Source of the DNA: Balanoglossus misakiensis
Taxonomy: Eukaryota > Animalia > Hemichordata
DNA: 64,000 nucleotides
Direction of reading: 5' to 3'
Assembly (NCBI GenBank): GCA_040954595.2
Contig: CM082588.2
Span: forward strand, 608,613-672,612
Part shown: one piece after another, positions 40,701-54,400 of the stretch
How positions within the stretch are numbered: position 1 is the stretch's first letter
Layout: each line of letters starts with the position of its first letter
Position numbers and translations under genes: made by a program
The notes under the pieces: generated by a model
The model's database searches: none
The model's input: only the letters and a program-made list of their open reading frames with translations
Told to the model about the DNA's origin: nothing

Positions 40701-43551
40701 ATCAGACCTGGTGCAGGTCTGACAGATCAGGTCTGGTGCATTGCTGTCAGGACAGACCTGGTGCAGGTCTGGCAGATCAGACCTGTGGCAGGTCCGACAG
40801 ATCAGGTCTGGTGCATGGCTTGCATGTCAGACATGCAGCATACCTGACAGGGCAGGTATGCTGCATGCATGTGACAGACCCGGTGCAGACAAATCCTGGT
40901 GCAGGTCTGTCAATCTTTAGCTGTGTATGACATCATCATTGCGTTCTAACTTCTCTAACTGAATATGTACTGCATCATACTTTCTCTGTTAGACAATCTA
41001 AAAACCATTCTCATTTGCATGTTAATGATAGGGTCACCCCATAAGAAATCAGCCCCACAAGCAATACCAGGTGTAAAAGCAACGACCAATGGGACTTCAT
41101 CTACAAAATCATCACCATCACCTCGCAATTCACTTGTCTATAGTGAATCAGCGTTTTCATTAAGTCCACCTCCCAGACATCCAAAAGGTAAAGATCATCA
41201 GAAAATCATGGTCAAATCAAGTCTCAAGAGATTTCATTAGATTTATGAGATTTCAGGAGATTCGTCAAACCATGTGTGATTTCATGGGATTTGTCCTATG
41301 TGTGTTATAGGATAGGAAACTTTCAATGATTTGAATCTGTATCGAAGCTTGTTGAACTGGCTTATCAACACAGCCGATATGAAATCTTTTTTGTTGACAA
41401 TCAGGTTTTTCAAGATGTGCCTTTATTGTGGCAATCTGTAAGGAACATTGTATAAAGTGTCATCAACTTGGTTTGTATAAAGTCAAGGTTTCATTTCTCA
41501 TATTAACTTGACATGTTTCGTTCTCACAATTGACAGTCGTATCATCATCGGCACCGACATCGTCATCATCACTCATGGTTGAGAGACACCACCATCACCA
41601 TAACAACAATGTCCGTACAGCAAAGCTTCTGGATGTCCCTATTCAAGCAGATTTTATAAGCAACAATCATGTGCCGGATGTTAGTTGCAGCGATGCAACT
41701 CTTCTTTTGGAGAAATGGGTAAGTGGATCGAGAAATAAATGAGTAGAGGTTTAGAATTTCAGTTCAGGGAGAGGAAATATTAGGGCCATTAGATTTCTGG
41801 ATGCGTTTGAAGAGTCCATGACCTTCCGGTTAAATCCTTGAAAATCCTCAATTTCACATGATCTGTAACTATTAGGTGTTGTCTTTTTTCAGTATTTTTG
41901 TTCTGTGTATCAACTATAGTTTCTTGAGCTACTGGCAAACATTCAAGATTATCTAAGTTTCCACCAAATGTCACTTGTCAGGAAAATAGCTTACAGCTCT
42001 AGATTGATACCTGTGTCTCCAACAATGTCTAAATTTGCCTCAAAGACCCTTTGGAAAGTGTTTCAAAAGCTGGAACGTGACTTTGATCATATAAAAATCA
42101 CAATGTTTTGATGCCGTGTCATAGTGGCATTGATGGCATCCTATTCCTCTTAGAAGTTACTAAGTGACAGTTTGGTGTCAGAATGGTATTTTGTCCTTGG
42201 AACAGAAAAATGTACACATGCCACTTCTCGCAACGGTCTCTCTCTGACGTTTTCATTCGGAAAGATAATCACAAAACAGTTAAACCGCTGTCAACTCGAC
42301 ACGTGCAAAGCCCTTAGCAGTAAAAGATTTATTGGCAGAGACGTCCTTGGCTTTTATGCTTCCCATTGTCCATCAATGCATAGAATAATACTATTATCTG
42401 TTGTCCTGTTTCACAAATGATTGCATGGTAAATTGCTTTGGCCTTGTATATCTGTCTGACGTGATGTTACCTTGAAAAAAATCATGTTCATTTTATGATC
42501 CAGTTACTTTTTTCCACAAAGTGTCACGTCTTTTCCATGTCAAACAAAATGTAAATACAATCATGGTGAAATTTCTTTCCTAAAATATTGAATACTATTA
42601 AAAGAAGACGTCTTTCCATTCATTGAATTATACTGATCAACCTCTGTTTATTTTTCTTACAGGGTATTTCAGACGATTCTAATTTAGATGAGAGTTTTTC
42701 AAAGTAAGTTTTCCTCATGTTCTTTTAACTTTCATATGAAATTCAATATTTTTGTATCTTTTATTATCACAGAGAGTCATTTAATATCACTTCTTACAAC
42801 TAACCTGCCTCCCAATACTGTCATGGCCAACGGTGACACTAAAAGTGTGATAAAATTGATATCATGTGATTCTAAGTCAAGCTTTTATTTGTCATTGCTG
42901 TCATTTGCGGAATAAAGATTTTAAATCTCAAGGTTGGTTCATTGCTTCAGCTTCATGTAGTATAGTCATCACCACTTCTGAAAGCAGTGATGCTATAGTT
43001 CCTTGTAAATTGTAAATGCAAATATTCGTTGCAATAAATACGCATTGTATGCATGGCAAGGCTTCTGTGATAATTTCTGTGGTGTCCTTTTGACAAACTG
43101 TGGAAATTTGGTAATCATTCTCTTTGTAAATATCAGGGTAAAGTTATTTTTATTTTATTTTATGTACTGAGTGAGCATGATAAATATGATATTGCATGTA
43201 ATGAAGTTATTGGTTTATGTGTATGGTACTTTCTATAATGTTATTGAATACCTAAATGCTTTTAGACAGTCTCTGTCACACTCGACAGCTCTGTCATCTT
43301 GGCCATGAAAACCCAAATGAGAAAACGAACATCCAAATCTATTCAGTGTTTATCTGTAAATTCTGCCATTATCTGACAATGTTGTTTATGATTATCGCTT
43401 CCACAGATTGGCACAGACACGGTCTAACTCTGGATCACTCAACAAATCCGATATGGACTCCGATATCATGAAGAACCACTCGCAAACAAAATCGTCACAG
43501 CCGTTCACTGGTTCATCAAGATCAACAGAAGATCTTCTCTGTCTATACTAG
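34708..43551 (+). CDS. LDLRAP1: LDL receptor adaptor protein 1 (ARH), PTB-domain endocytic adaptor, 9 exons
   Basis: GGKHRKLTE...LLEGVTFYVKYLGMCLVE, SIYRISYCTADK, LECHAYLCNKRK, LTVAQAFNLAFE and the AP-2 beta-appendage motif LDESFSKLAQTRSN. Exons, all phase-compatible: 34708-34747, 38040-38182, 38271-38380, 38770-38884, 39076-39280, 41032-41187, 41537-41718, 42663-42703, 43407-43551. Confidence 0.92.
39344..39660. mobile_element. Old MITE in LDLRAP1 intron 5
   Basis: Terminal inverted repeat TTATTGATTAAAAA(A/C)ACTGACACATGA at 39344-39370 and 39634-39660. Confidence 0.7.
39942..40925. mobile_element. CAC...GTG-terminated non-autonomous DNA element (possibly EnSpm/CACTA-type) filled with a hairpin minisatellite
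   Basis: Ends TA|CACAACTAAAGTT and ATCTTTAGCTGTG|TA are inverted repeats flanked by TA. Internal repeat units face inward from each end. Confidence 0.7.
40051..40625. repeat. 25-bp minisatellite, about 23 units, each with an 8-bp stem-loop
   Basis: Unit GTCAGACCTG(CAC/CCA)CAGGTCTGTCCT; CAGACCTG pairs with CAGGTCTG. Confidence 0.95.
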
Positions 43552-46500
43552 TCAGTATCATGATGTACACATATTTATATTCTATAGATCCCGGGCAGTT
43601 TATCTATAGTATATAGATCAGAGTATAGTATAGTCATGGATGCTAGGATAGCTTATTTTATGGTTGGAAAGACACGGATAGAAAGACTTGTTGTGCCAGT
43701 CTCAACCACTGGATTTGAACAAATTCCAGGGTGTAAAAAACAACCAATTTCTATCCTGTTAATTACATCTGACCATAAGGTAAGATGTTCCTTGATACAG
43801 CGCACACAAGGAGAGAATACAGTGCAAGATATACAGCAGACATTATTTTAGTTTAAAGTTGACATGGTAACTAGATATATGCCTGATATTTAATACAAAA
43901 TGTATGATACTAAAACTACTGGACTTCATTTTATGAAGTGAACACAGATACACCTAATTTGACAATAATCTATTTTCACACCAATATTCCGACCATGAGA
44001 TAGTTCACATGCTAAATGTCTGTACTTTGCCAAGATTTTGTTTTCATCTGACCTGACACTGAAGAAACTTTGAAGATATCAGTTGATTTTCAGTAATCTG
44101 TTTCCTGGCCTTAAAGCATTCATGTCCAAATTCTCTTCTAACTTTCGCTGCTTGGCTGGCTAAGAGAAATATTGGCTCTCAGTGTGAACACAATACATGC
44201 AGTTCTGTGAAAATATTGGGTTACTGCATTTCAGTGAACTTCATATTACCTTGACCTGGTGTCTTTTTACGCCAAACTTTAAGGGTTGACAGGAAATCTA
44301 GAATTTATAGTTTTGTCTGGCCAGCGTGACAAAACACACGCCTATCCAAGCTGTAGTTAATTTCACAGAGTTAATATGTTGCCCATGCAACATGAAGTTT
44401 AATAGTTAATATTTAATTCAACTCTGGTTACTATCAAAAAATTATGAAATGATGAAACTCAGTTTATTACTTCATATTTACATTATATCTGGAATGATAG
44501 ACAGATCCCTTGTTTATGACACACTTTCCTTTAGGAGTTTATGCAGCTACACAGACCTGAAAACTTTCTGAAAATATAAGAAGAGAAAACTCTCATTTTG
44601 AATGGCATTCTGTTTGTACTTACAGCAGTGAGTTACCAATTATATACTGTTAGATGAAGTAGTGTTATGTATTTATAGAGATAGATAGTGGATTTCTTTC
44701 TGTTTGTGTGTTTTATTTCTGAGCAGAAATCATTCAAGATAAACATACGTCACCTGTGGAAATTTTAAGATTCAGACTTGATATCTGCTTGAGTTTTACT
44801 GAAAATCTACAATGGGGGTTAAAAGTTTTAAATTTACAGGGTGTTTTTTTAAATACTTTTGAGAGAAAAAAGATGGATTATTCCAACAAGCAGTAGATAA
44901 TTGGACTGCTTTGAGGCAATGCCAAACAATGCAAGATATGATATTTGAATTCTGTCTCCTCCAGCTGTTAATGATGTGCTGTGGTCAGTTTCAGCCACAG
45001 TGAATTCTAACTTCTAGGAAGGATTAAACAGACGACATTGATAATGAAATTTAATTCAAAACTGATCATGTACACAAATGTTAATTAATTGAGTTTTCAG
45101 CCAGGATTGGTTGAATGAAAACATTTTCTGCACTTCATGATAATCTTTGGTAATATTTTGAACAAGTGTCAAGTTCTCTGCTTTTTTCAGTTTACATGAT
45201 AGATGCCATGTGTGGACCAAGAACTGATTATTTTTGACTGTGACATCAAAATGTAAATTGTAACACTTGTATTACAAACTAAAAAGGTTCAGTTTGATGT
45301 CATCAGTCAAGCATTTAGTGTGACCTGTAACTTTCAGAACAAGGGATCTGTCTATCTTTTAGTTTTTCTTAAGATATTTAAAGGAATATTTATGCTGCAA
45401 GGCCCAATACTGTACACTGCATTCAATTTAATGTAATAGCTGAAGTATCAACAAGTTTACCTGTCATGATGATCTCATGACCCAAGGTCATAGGTTATCA
45501 AGCTTTCTTCTGCTTATAATGTACCTGTCACACTGTTTGTTTTCAATCAATCATTGTCTGTCCTCTTTAATCATTCACAATCTGATTGCAAACATTTCTA
45601 AGACTGGGAATTTCACCTGTAGTCACTGTACCAATATGATACAATATGGTACGGTAAATTTACAGAGAGGCAATTGCATTGGTAGATTCTTACTACCTAA
45701 TCTCATTGGTTCCAAATTCTGTATCCATGGAGATGATTGACCAATTAACCAATGGAACAACATTACACAAAATGTGATTCATGGGTATCTCTACAGTACT
45801 TTAATTGTAAAAAAAACTTAGTTCTTTCAAAACATGTTCTTCAGCTCTTGACTTTATTGAAGTCAACAGCAAACACTTTCCAGAAACTGTTTTTAAAACA
45901 GTTTATACTTAATGTCTTTCTTGCTACGCTTTCTGGATAATAATCATATTTAATTATGATAATCATATGTATATTTATTTGTCTTGTATGTAGTGTTGTG
46001 CCTTTAGTAATTTAAAAGGTTAGCAATTATGGTATTTATTGAAGTAACATCTGTATTATAACTTGGACCAATAAATATGCAAAGAGTTTTGTTATTGTTG
46101 ATCTGAACATTAAATTGTGGTCAACTGTATACAAAACAAGATAAGATCATATGTATACATGTACTACACTCTATTTTAGATTTCTTGTGAACATTTTTCA
46201 TTACTAATTATTAATTTACCAAAATGTTGAGATGCCCCATGTCTTTGCAATCATAGCTGGCAATGAATGGAAGGTAAAACTATTTATTTACATTCAGTAT
46301 TATGAGTGACATTTGGTGACATATAACATAACAAATCTCTAGCATAATTTATTAACAGATCTCTGAAATGATGTAACCCATTTGGACAATAAGCACATTT
46401 TGTAATTTTACGAGATAGCAAGAGATTCTTGATGTTTCAAGTCGGTAACAATTGTAGCAATACTTGTTAGTGTTACTGTCATAGACTGACATAGCCAGGC

Positions 46501-48429
46501 TGAGTTAGAGAACGCTAAATGGCACCCTTGAAGGAATATTTTCTCTGCTTTTGTTTTTCATTGAGCATAGCTTGTTCCAGTGCAATGTTCCTCGCAAAAC
46601 GCTGCACTCATGTGCTTCCAGTTTGTTGTGTAGTGCTTGGTGTACTTCAAGTTGCTATATTTCTTGATCTTGTGGTTGTCAGATTTTCTTTAACAATGAT
46701 TTAGATCAGTAGAATAATAAATGGCAGCAACATCTAGCCATATATTGGGTAACATATTTCTAGTTATGTATTTTGGAATCAACTTTAGTTACTAGTGTAT
46801 TAGTATTTTTCTACATGAAGTTGAGTTTTGCAAGAAAATTCTACAAAAGGTTTCCAAAATATTTCTACAGTTGTGTTCATGTTTTTTCCCCTCAAACTTG
46901 CATGTTTGTTTTTGCTTTTTGCCAGGAATCTTACTTTACTACCCTGCTTGATGTTACAAAAGTTGGAAATAACAAATTTTGTTTACAGTTTGTTTCAGTG
47001 TCATATTTATCCCGAAGTATTTATTATGATATCATGTCTGATTGTCAATGAGATTAAGTTATATTGGTGAATAATTATTATTTTGTTGCGAGCTGTTTGG
47101 TGTTTGAATTCTGAGTATTGATTTCAACTTTGTATTATTTATCAGCCTTTCAGCCAATAAAATATTTAGTTCAGTGGTACATGACTTGGTTTATTTGTAT
47201 GACCCCCTTGTTTGAAAACTCCCAGAAAGTGTGACAATGACATAAACATTCGGTCAAACGATACTGAATGTCCATATTAAGATTCGAATAGTGACATTAT
47301 ACTATAGTTTATTCAGTTCCCAGTTGTCAGTACAGATATCTGACAATTTTCATTTGATTTAAATCATTCAATAATTTATTTCCACAATTTGTACAACTTA
47401 GTTACATTTTGAGCATTTACAAGTTTATATTCAGTACTAAAAAGACTTCCCCCCCAATTATAGTATATACAGGTTTGTTTTTAGAATATTAAAGGCCGAA
47501 GTAGAATAAATTCTCTGTTTTCTGTCCACTCAGGGGCAGGTTTTGGGGTAAAATACATACAAACTTTCGCTGTGACATATAGTCATTGTTTTCTCATCAT
47601 CTATCATTGAGACACTGCCAACATTTCTGCGCAGCGTCATAATATTTTGTGTCTAATTGTGTGTGTGTCCGTTTTGGTTGCATTTCCACCTACCTTTAAA
47701 ATGTTCAGTGGCCGTGAAACAGAATTTACTTTACTATGGCCTAATACACAAAGACAAAATGTATCACTTAAGTTATTGGATGTTGATATTTATAAAATGT
47801 ATCTTTAGTGATTTTTTTTTTAATTTATACTGGTACAGACAAACTTGTTACCAAAAAGACACTCAATATAAAACAAGAGTAAAATAAACTAGCTATAAAT
47901 TACAAAACAAGAATATAATACTGAATATGAGAAAAATATAGAAAGGAAAATACACATAAAACCATGCAAAAATAAATACAACAGAAAACCATAATCAAAA
48001 CACAGACTTGACATAATGACAAAATTAATGAGTAAATAATAAAACTCAGTTGAATAACAAAAATATAATCATTGGTCTTTATCACACAAAAGTTGGACGT
48101 TTTCAAGAATCTAAGTTTCTCTGCCTTAAAATATCAAACTTGCCAGATTTTATATCGAAAAATCCCCATAGAAAAACAAGCAATTCCAGCCACAGAGGGC
48201 GAAATAAATCAACCTTCGCTAACAATGAATCAGATATAAAACACTTCCTCCATATCTTGTGTTTAACTATGACAATTTAATTATTTATATTAATACTGAT
48301 TGTTTTTTCATAATTTAGTGCTTCTGGTTTTTCGTAAATTAACAATTCAATATATCATCTTATTAAATCAAGAAGAAAATCAAGAAACCTGCTTAAATCT
48401 TTAGTCATCCCGGCACAGCTTTGGACAGT

Positions 48430-51400
48430 TTATCTTCTGTCACTGCTGTATGATGTTCGTGTTCTTGGGGAGTTTCTGCCACTCTGGTAAAGCTGTTCCA
48501 AACTTGGAGAGGCTGAAAATGAAATCATACCAACAATTAAAATTAAAGGATGACTCATTCCATCTGTGGCTGCACAAGTTCTTTGTTGTTTAAACATTTG
48601 TTCTGAAGCATGACAGTTGCTAAGAGCACTTCCGTACTCGGTGATCTGGAGACAGATTAGATTAGATGCTGTCATCATTGACATGAGATTGTGCAACTGT
48701 TGCTAGCATTGCAGTTGACTGCGATGTCAACCACTCACTGATCAGATCATAGAGTATGAAACTGCTCTTGGCGACTGTTTCACAAAGATACCATGAAACA
48801 TCTACTTGACCATTCCAAGTAAAAAAACATAACACAAAGACAATAAAGGTTGCACAATCTTCTGTACTTTAAAGTGTACTTTTTGATCTACTGTTACAGA
48901 CATTTTCAGGACTATACATAGACCCTCCGTCTATGGACTACATTATGTGCTCAACCATAAATGTTACATGACACAGACATTGACATATTACAGACGACTT
49001 GTTTTAATTACAGCAGACAAAATGTTTTGACTGATCAACAACATAAAACGAAGTTACTTAATCAGCAATCAAGTGATAACCATCAAACTACTGTGCTGTT
49101 AGTGCAACAAGGTGCTTGGTGCAACTATCTAGTTCCACCCCAAGAGGGCGTCATACCAAGCAGAGCAACACACAAGTGCAGTGGGGGTGTTTTGATACAC
49201 GCGCTAGATTCTAGCCAAGCAGACATGAATAATAACACCGATATGATTACCTCTGCTTTTAGAAGACCAAGATTCATTTGGCATGAGAGCTAAAGATGAA
49301 AATGAGGCACATATTATAAAGATGGAGTATTTTGATACAAAATGACAAACATTGGCTGCAAACTATGAATAGAGCAACAGTTTTCGAAGCAGAGCAGATG
49401 ATGGCTAGTAGACTGATTGGGAACTTTTGTGAAAGAATCATACATTGTATATCAGTAGAATTCAACTAAATCATTAAAAGAGTGTAAATTATCTTACATG
49501 GAATTCTAGTTGTGGATCCTTTCCCTTTGCCGGGTGATGTTGGTCCGGAATCAGATGAAACTGTGGAAATATCAATGGAATACATCGGTGAAATACAGAC
49601 AGCGAATGATTGCTTAAATGTTTGTGAAAACAACATCTTTTACATTCTGTGGATGAGGTACCTACCGTAGAGTTAGTAAGTCAGTTGACAAGATATAATT
49701 TAAGACCACACACACATCAAATGTACAAGCCAAGGTCAAGATCTTGAAATAAACTGATAACATTCAGACACTTGGAAGTCCTCTTGTTTTAGGCAGTGTG
49801 TGTTTATAGCAGAATTATTCATCTGGTCTTGGTCTTGATGACACTTAAGGCTTCCTACGCAGCCATACCTAAATAACATGCTATGTTATTATGTCATTGG
49901 TCCCATTATTCAAGATTCCTAGCATGTCACTATACGTGCCCAAACACTTTGCATTGTGGGATTACAATTGGAACCATCTCAGTTATCATCTGTGGTTGCA
50001 TTAAACCTTAGTGTGCTTAACACAGGTTGTACTGTATTGCTGTGAATGTTAGTCCATGATTCCTACAGTTCAACCATGTCTTTGTGCATTTCATGTTTCC
50101 ATGGATATTCATGAGTGGGACTGAGACACAAGTTAAATGAGGGTTGCAAATCGTTTTGGTCCCTGTGATAATAGGAAAAATGGAGTCTGGAAGTGAAACA
50201 GGATGGGAATGGTAGAAATGGGAATGGGAGGTAGAGGAACAGTAAGGAATGGATGGAAAAGTCAGGAAGTGAGAATTCATAAGATTTAAATGTCAATAAA
50301 TATTAATACATGTATTAATATATAAAGCAATATTACAGCAACCAATTATCTATGCAAATATCGCAAGGTAAAGTTACTTATTAAAGGCAATCATTGGAAT
50401 AAACTATAAGCTGTTATCAAAGCATTAACACTATATGCCAAGCCACACAAGATGTATACCATTCCAATCAACAGTATACAGAAAAGACCCACACGCGTAA
50501 AGGAACTATGCACAAGATGCTCTACATTGCCTGCTAAATGGCATATCGCATACTAAGGCATTACAGCAACCATTAAAGGTATACAGTCACTGATGCAAAT
50601 TAAACCACTGTTACCATGTAAAATTCAAATACATGTATAGCCAATCACAGATTTTCAGTGGGTGACTCAAGCAAAAAAGTGCACCACCACATGGTCATGT
50701 GAAGATTTAGACACACCCTTTTGACCGTGTATAGGCATTAGAGGTGACCGTATACCTTTAAACCACGCATAGATGTGTAATAAAGAAGTGTGTTACAAAG
50801 CATACTTGACACCCTGGGTGATAATCTCGGTGATTGTGGTGGAGTGCTGTCACTGATACTAGCACTAAGACTTGTACTGAATGCCCGATCACGAGGACGT
50901 GAAAATGGACGTCGTTTATCAATAGCGGGGCTGGGTAACCCACTTTCACCTGAAGTCAAGTCAAAATAGATAGTCAATACAAATTAAATCTTTGGTTGAT
51001 TTTTCACTAGACTGTCTGAAAAATTTCACTGTTTTAGCAGTTAAGTTTATTTCTCACAGAGAATTATTTGTTAAATTATTTAGTATATCGAGAAGACGTT
51101 AAACTTTGAAGACTTCTGAATATATTCCTAAAGTTGACCAGTATATAATCTACCATGTGACTTTGTTTCATATCTACTTGTTGCAGGCATATATGACATA
51201 GCAGTAAGCTTAGTACAGAATTGTCAAAGCTTAGAATCATAGAAACTTGTACGATAGAAAGTAAGAAGATGCAGTCAGAAACCAACACCAACGCATGTCC
51301 ATCAGTTGCAAAAATGAACAAGGACAGATAAAAGCACCACCATCATTTGAAGAGATATACAAGTACTCGGAATATTCCCGGTTATTGTGAGTGGAATTTA

Positions 51401-54400
51401 TGGCTGATAAATCTAGCTATTCCGAGTGACAAACTTTCATCTTGATAAACACAATTCAAGGAATTAAAAAAACAAATATTTTCAGGGGTGATAGGTTTTC
51501 ACAAGTGGAGGTTTGTGTTGTCAAGAGACAGTGCAGGGATTGGTAAAATAGTTAAACTTGACATTTTCTTCAGACGTGAAATTCCACACACAAGATGGTC
51601 TTTGCAAAGTTGCGAAGGTGAGGGAAAAACAAGGATTGGGTTTGCTGGCTGGAAGCACGAAATGGTTACACTCTGGTGTTTGCAAAGCTACAAGTGCTCA
51701 GCTAAGAGATTTTTTGGATGGGAATTGTTTCATACTTGTCTTAAGCCTGGCAGGGGAGGGCGATGGTGGGGGTTTTCTTTCAAAGGTTGGATCGGAAAGA
51801 CCACTATCCTCAGACGTACATGGACCTGGTATAGGGGTAAAAGCTGTTAGTACACAATTTTGATTTTAATACAGAGAAACGTGAAAAAAAGAAAAGATGA
51901 ACACAGAAATGTTTTACATGAAGACTTTACAGATACATTTTAGTCATGAACATTTATCAGGATAAATGATAAACAGATATAGTTATCAAGAAATTAAAAC
52001 AAGAAATATGATAGTCATGTTTTATTTATTTAAAGTAATAAGAAGACTTTGTGGACTGAGATGACATTCTGATATTAACGATTAACTGCTTTTGTAGTCG
52101 TTGCTTCAACATTCTTCAGAAACTCTCTCCACCGAGACACTCCAACATGAAAGATTTTACAACATACCTGGCATAGGAGGTCTCTTCTTGATTGGCCCTC
52201 TAGCGACCTGTCTGGCTCGGCTACCGAATCCCAGAGACTGCAATGATTCTGTGATGTAGCGCTGAGCGGGTGATACGCATAACATCACGAGCAGCTTGGA
52301 GTCACCACCTACGTGCAAAAAAAAAAATATACTTATTGAGAGTGGTTGACAAACTGAACCAGTGGCTTACAAAACACAAGGGAGATGTCTTCCTTCTGAT
52401 GTCATTTTTTGTATACTGTAAAAGAACTAAGAGGAAGAAGTTCCTTACCAATAGAATCTTGTAGTAGATGGGTTAGACGACTATTCCGATAGGGCACATG
52501 TTGTCTGTGTTCAGCCAATGCTCCCAACACATCTGCTAAGGCACATAAACTTTTGTTGATGAACTGAGTTTCTCTCAGTGCAGCACCAGTCACACCAGAC
52601 ATACCTAGGACACAAAAAGTTATGGTCATTGTTTTTTGAGTGTTTTGAGCTTCTCTTTGGAGTTTACATATTGTCTTAGTAGGTATGATTATAGTTTAAA
52701 TGATAACAAGATGGTAGACTTTCGTTTTATATCAACACAGAAATTCTATCCTCACAAAGGCGTAGAAATTCAGCTCTCGCAGAGAATGGAACTGTAGGAA
52801 AGCAAATAGAATAGCACAAGACATACCAACACATTCTGATCCTGCCAAGTCTACAAGCTGTAGTTTAGTCTTCACCACTGCAACATTTCCACTGTATTCC
52901 TGCATTCTTGAAGGTGATGGGGACCTTGATCGGACCCCTTTGAAACTTCCGGTGCTGCTGTTCAGAGAAGATACATTAGGAAGCTGACGTCTTCTCTCTC
53001 TGTTGCCAGATGGGATTCCCTGTGGGACTGTGGATACAACAAACGACAGTGTTATCACAGAATTACGTCACTTTTTGATAATCTTTAACCAGATGGCAAG
53101 CCCTGTGAGACTGCTAGTGATAATCTCATGAACCACAACAGACATTGCCAACTTACCAGCAAAGACATCAGTAGGTGACCCGGTCCTGGACGGAGTAGGT
53201 GTTGTCTGTGGAGTCTCAGTCATCGGTGATGTGACTGTTAATGTGACAACTAAATGAGATCGACTGGAATGTTCATGTATCAGAGTAGCATCTGTACATC
53301 GATGAACCATCCCATACTGCACCAATGCGACCACATCATCTGCGCTGTTCACTGTCCTGATGATGTGACAAAATACCAATAAAGTCAATCACTGTTTCTC
53401 TAGGTACAAATGCTTGACCAACGCTACAGTTTTCCATATAAACTCAACAAAAATGTGCATACACATGAAAAGATATGTACAAACTCACTTTTGAGTCAAT
53501 GATGGTACATCTTTGGAGCCTTCATTGGTTGTGACAACACCATGTTTGACGGATCCAGGTCTCAGCAAATCATAGATATCATTGTTGTACACTTCACAGA
53601 CAGACACTTCTACTGTGTGTGATCCAGCTGGTTTCTCTGCTATCAAACTGTAAATAAAGACAGAAAACAAAACAGAAAATATCAGGAATTAGTTTCTGAG
53701 CATTCTGTGTGTGTGTCTGTCTGTCTCTCTCTCCTCTCTCCCTCTCCCTTCCTCTTCCTCTCATTCTACCAATCAAAATACAAACCTAAATAGTTCCCTC
53801 GCAGCTCGAGGGACCACTCCATCTTTATCACTCGGATCCTTGCGTCCATAGTTTGGTGCAGTGCCTTCAATATAGTGCGGCCCCAACATAGTATGTGTTT
53901 TCCCGCTTCCTGTCTGACCATATGCCATGATGCACACATTATATCTGTAACAAAAAATGACAAATAATTTTAAATCACAAATGTTATCATTATGCACTAG
54001 TATTCAGTACCACTCATCAAGTTTTGACTTAAGATTTTTCAATGATGACAAACTTAATTGTCTTCACTTACCCATCCAGCAATGAAGTAAGTAGTGGCTG
54101 TACTTCTTCAAACACCAAGTCTTGAGTTTCATTCGGAAAGTACACTCTGTAAGCAAATAGATCCAGGTCAATACAGAAGTCTACATAAAAACGAAGTCAA
54201 CTTAATTCACTGACTATGAAGGCGTTCTTGCAACTTCAAACTCTTTCAGTTTGGTAATGTTCTGATATAACAGTGTAACATTTAAAGAATATTAACAGGG
54301 AAACCACTTTTAAAATACAGGGATGAGGGGAATACCTTTCAAATTCAAAGTTCTTATTTGTTGCAGCGTGGCCAGGTCTGTTGGATTTCACCAAAACTGT

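Noticed and set aside
39935-40930. Three overlapping 236-331-aa Cys-rich ORFs (keratin-associated or metallothionein-like)
   Set aside because: They are a by-product of a stop-free 25-bp repeat, with the same peptide in all three frames, inside an LDLRAP1 intron.
43552-48429. Many 60-90-aa ORFs between LDLRAP1 and KIF25
   Set aside because: AT-rich sequence consistent with convergent 3' UTRs (poly(A) signals near 47156 on + and ~47308-47380 on -); no coding signature.
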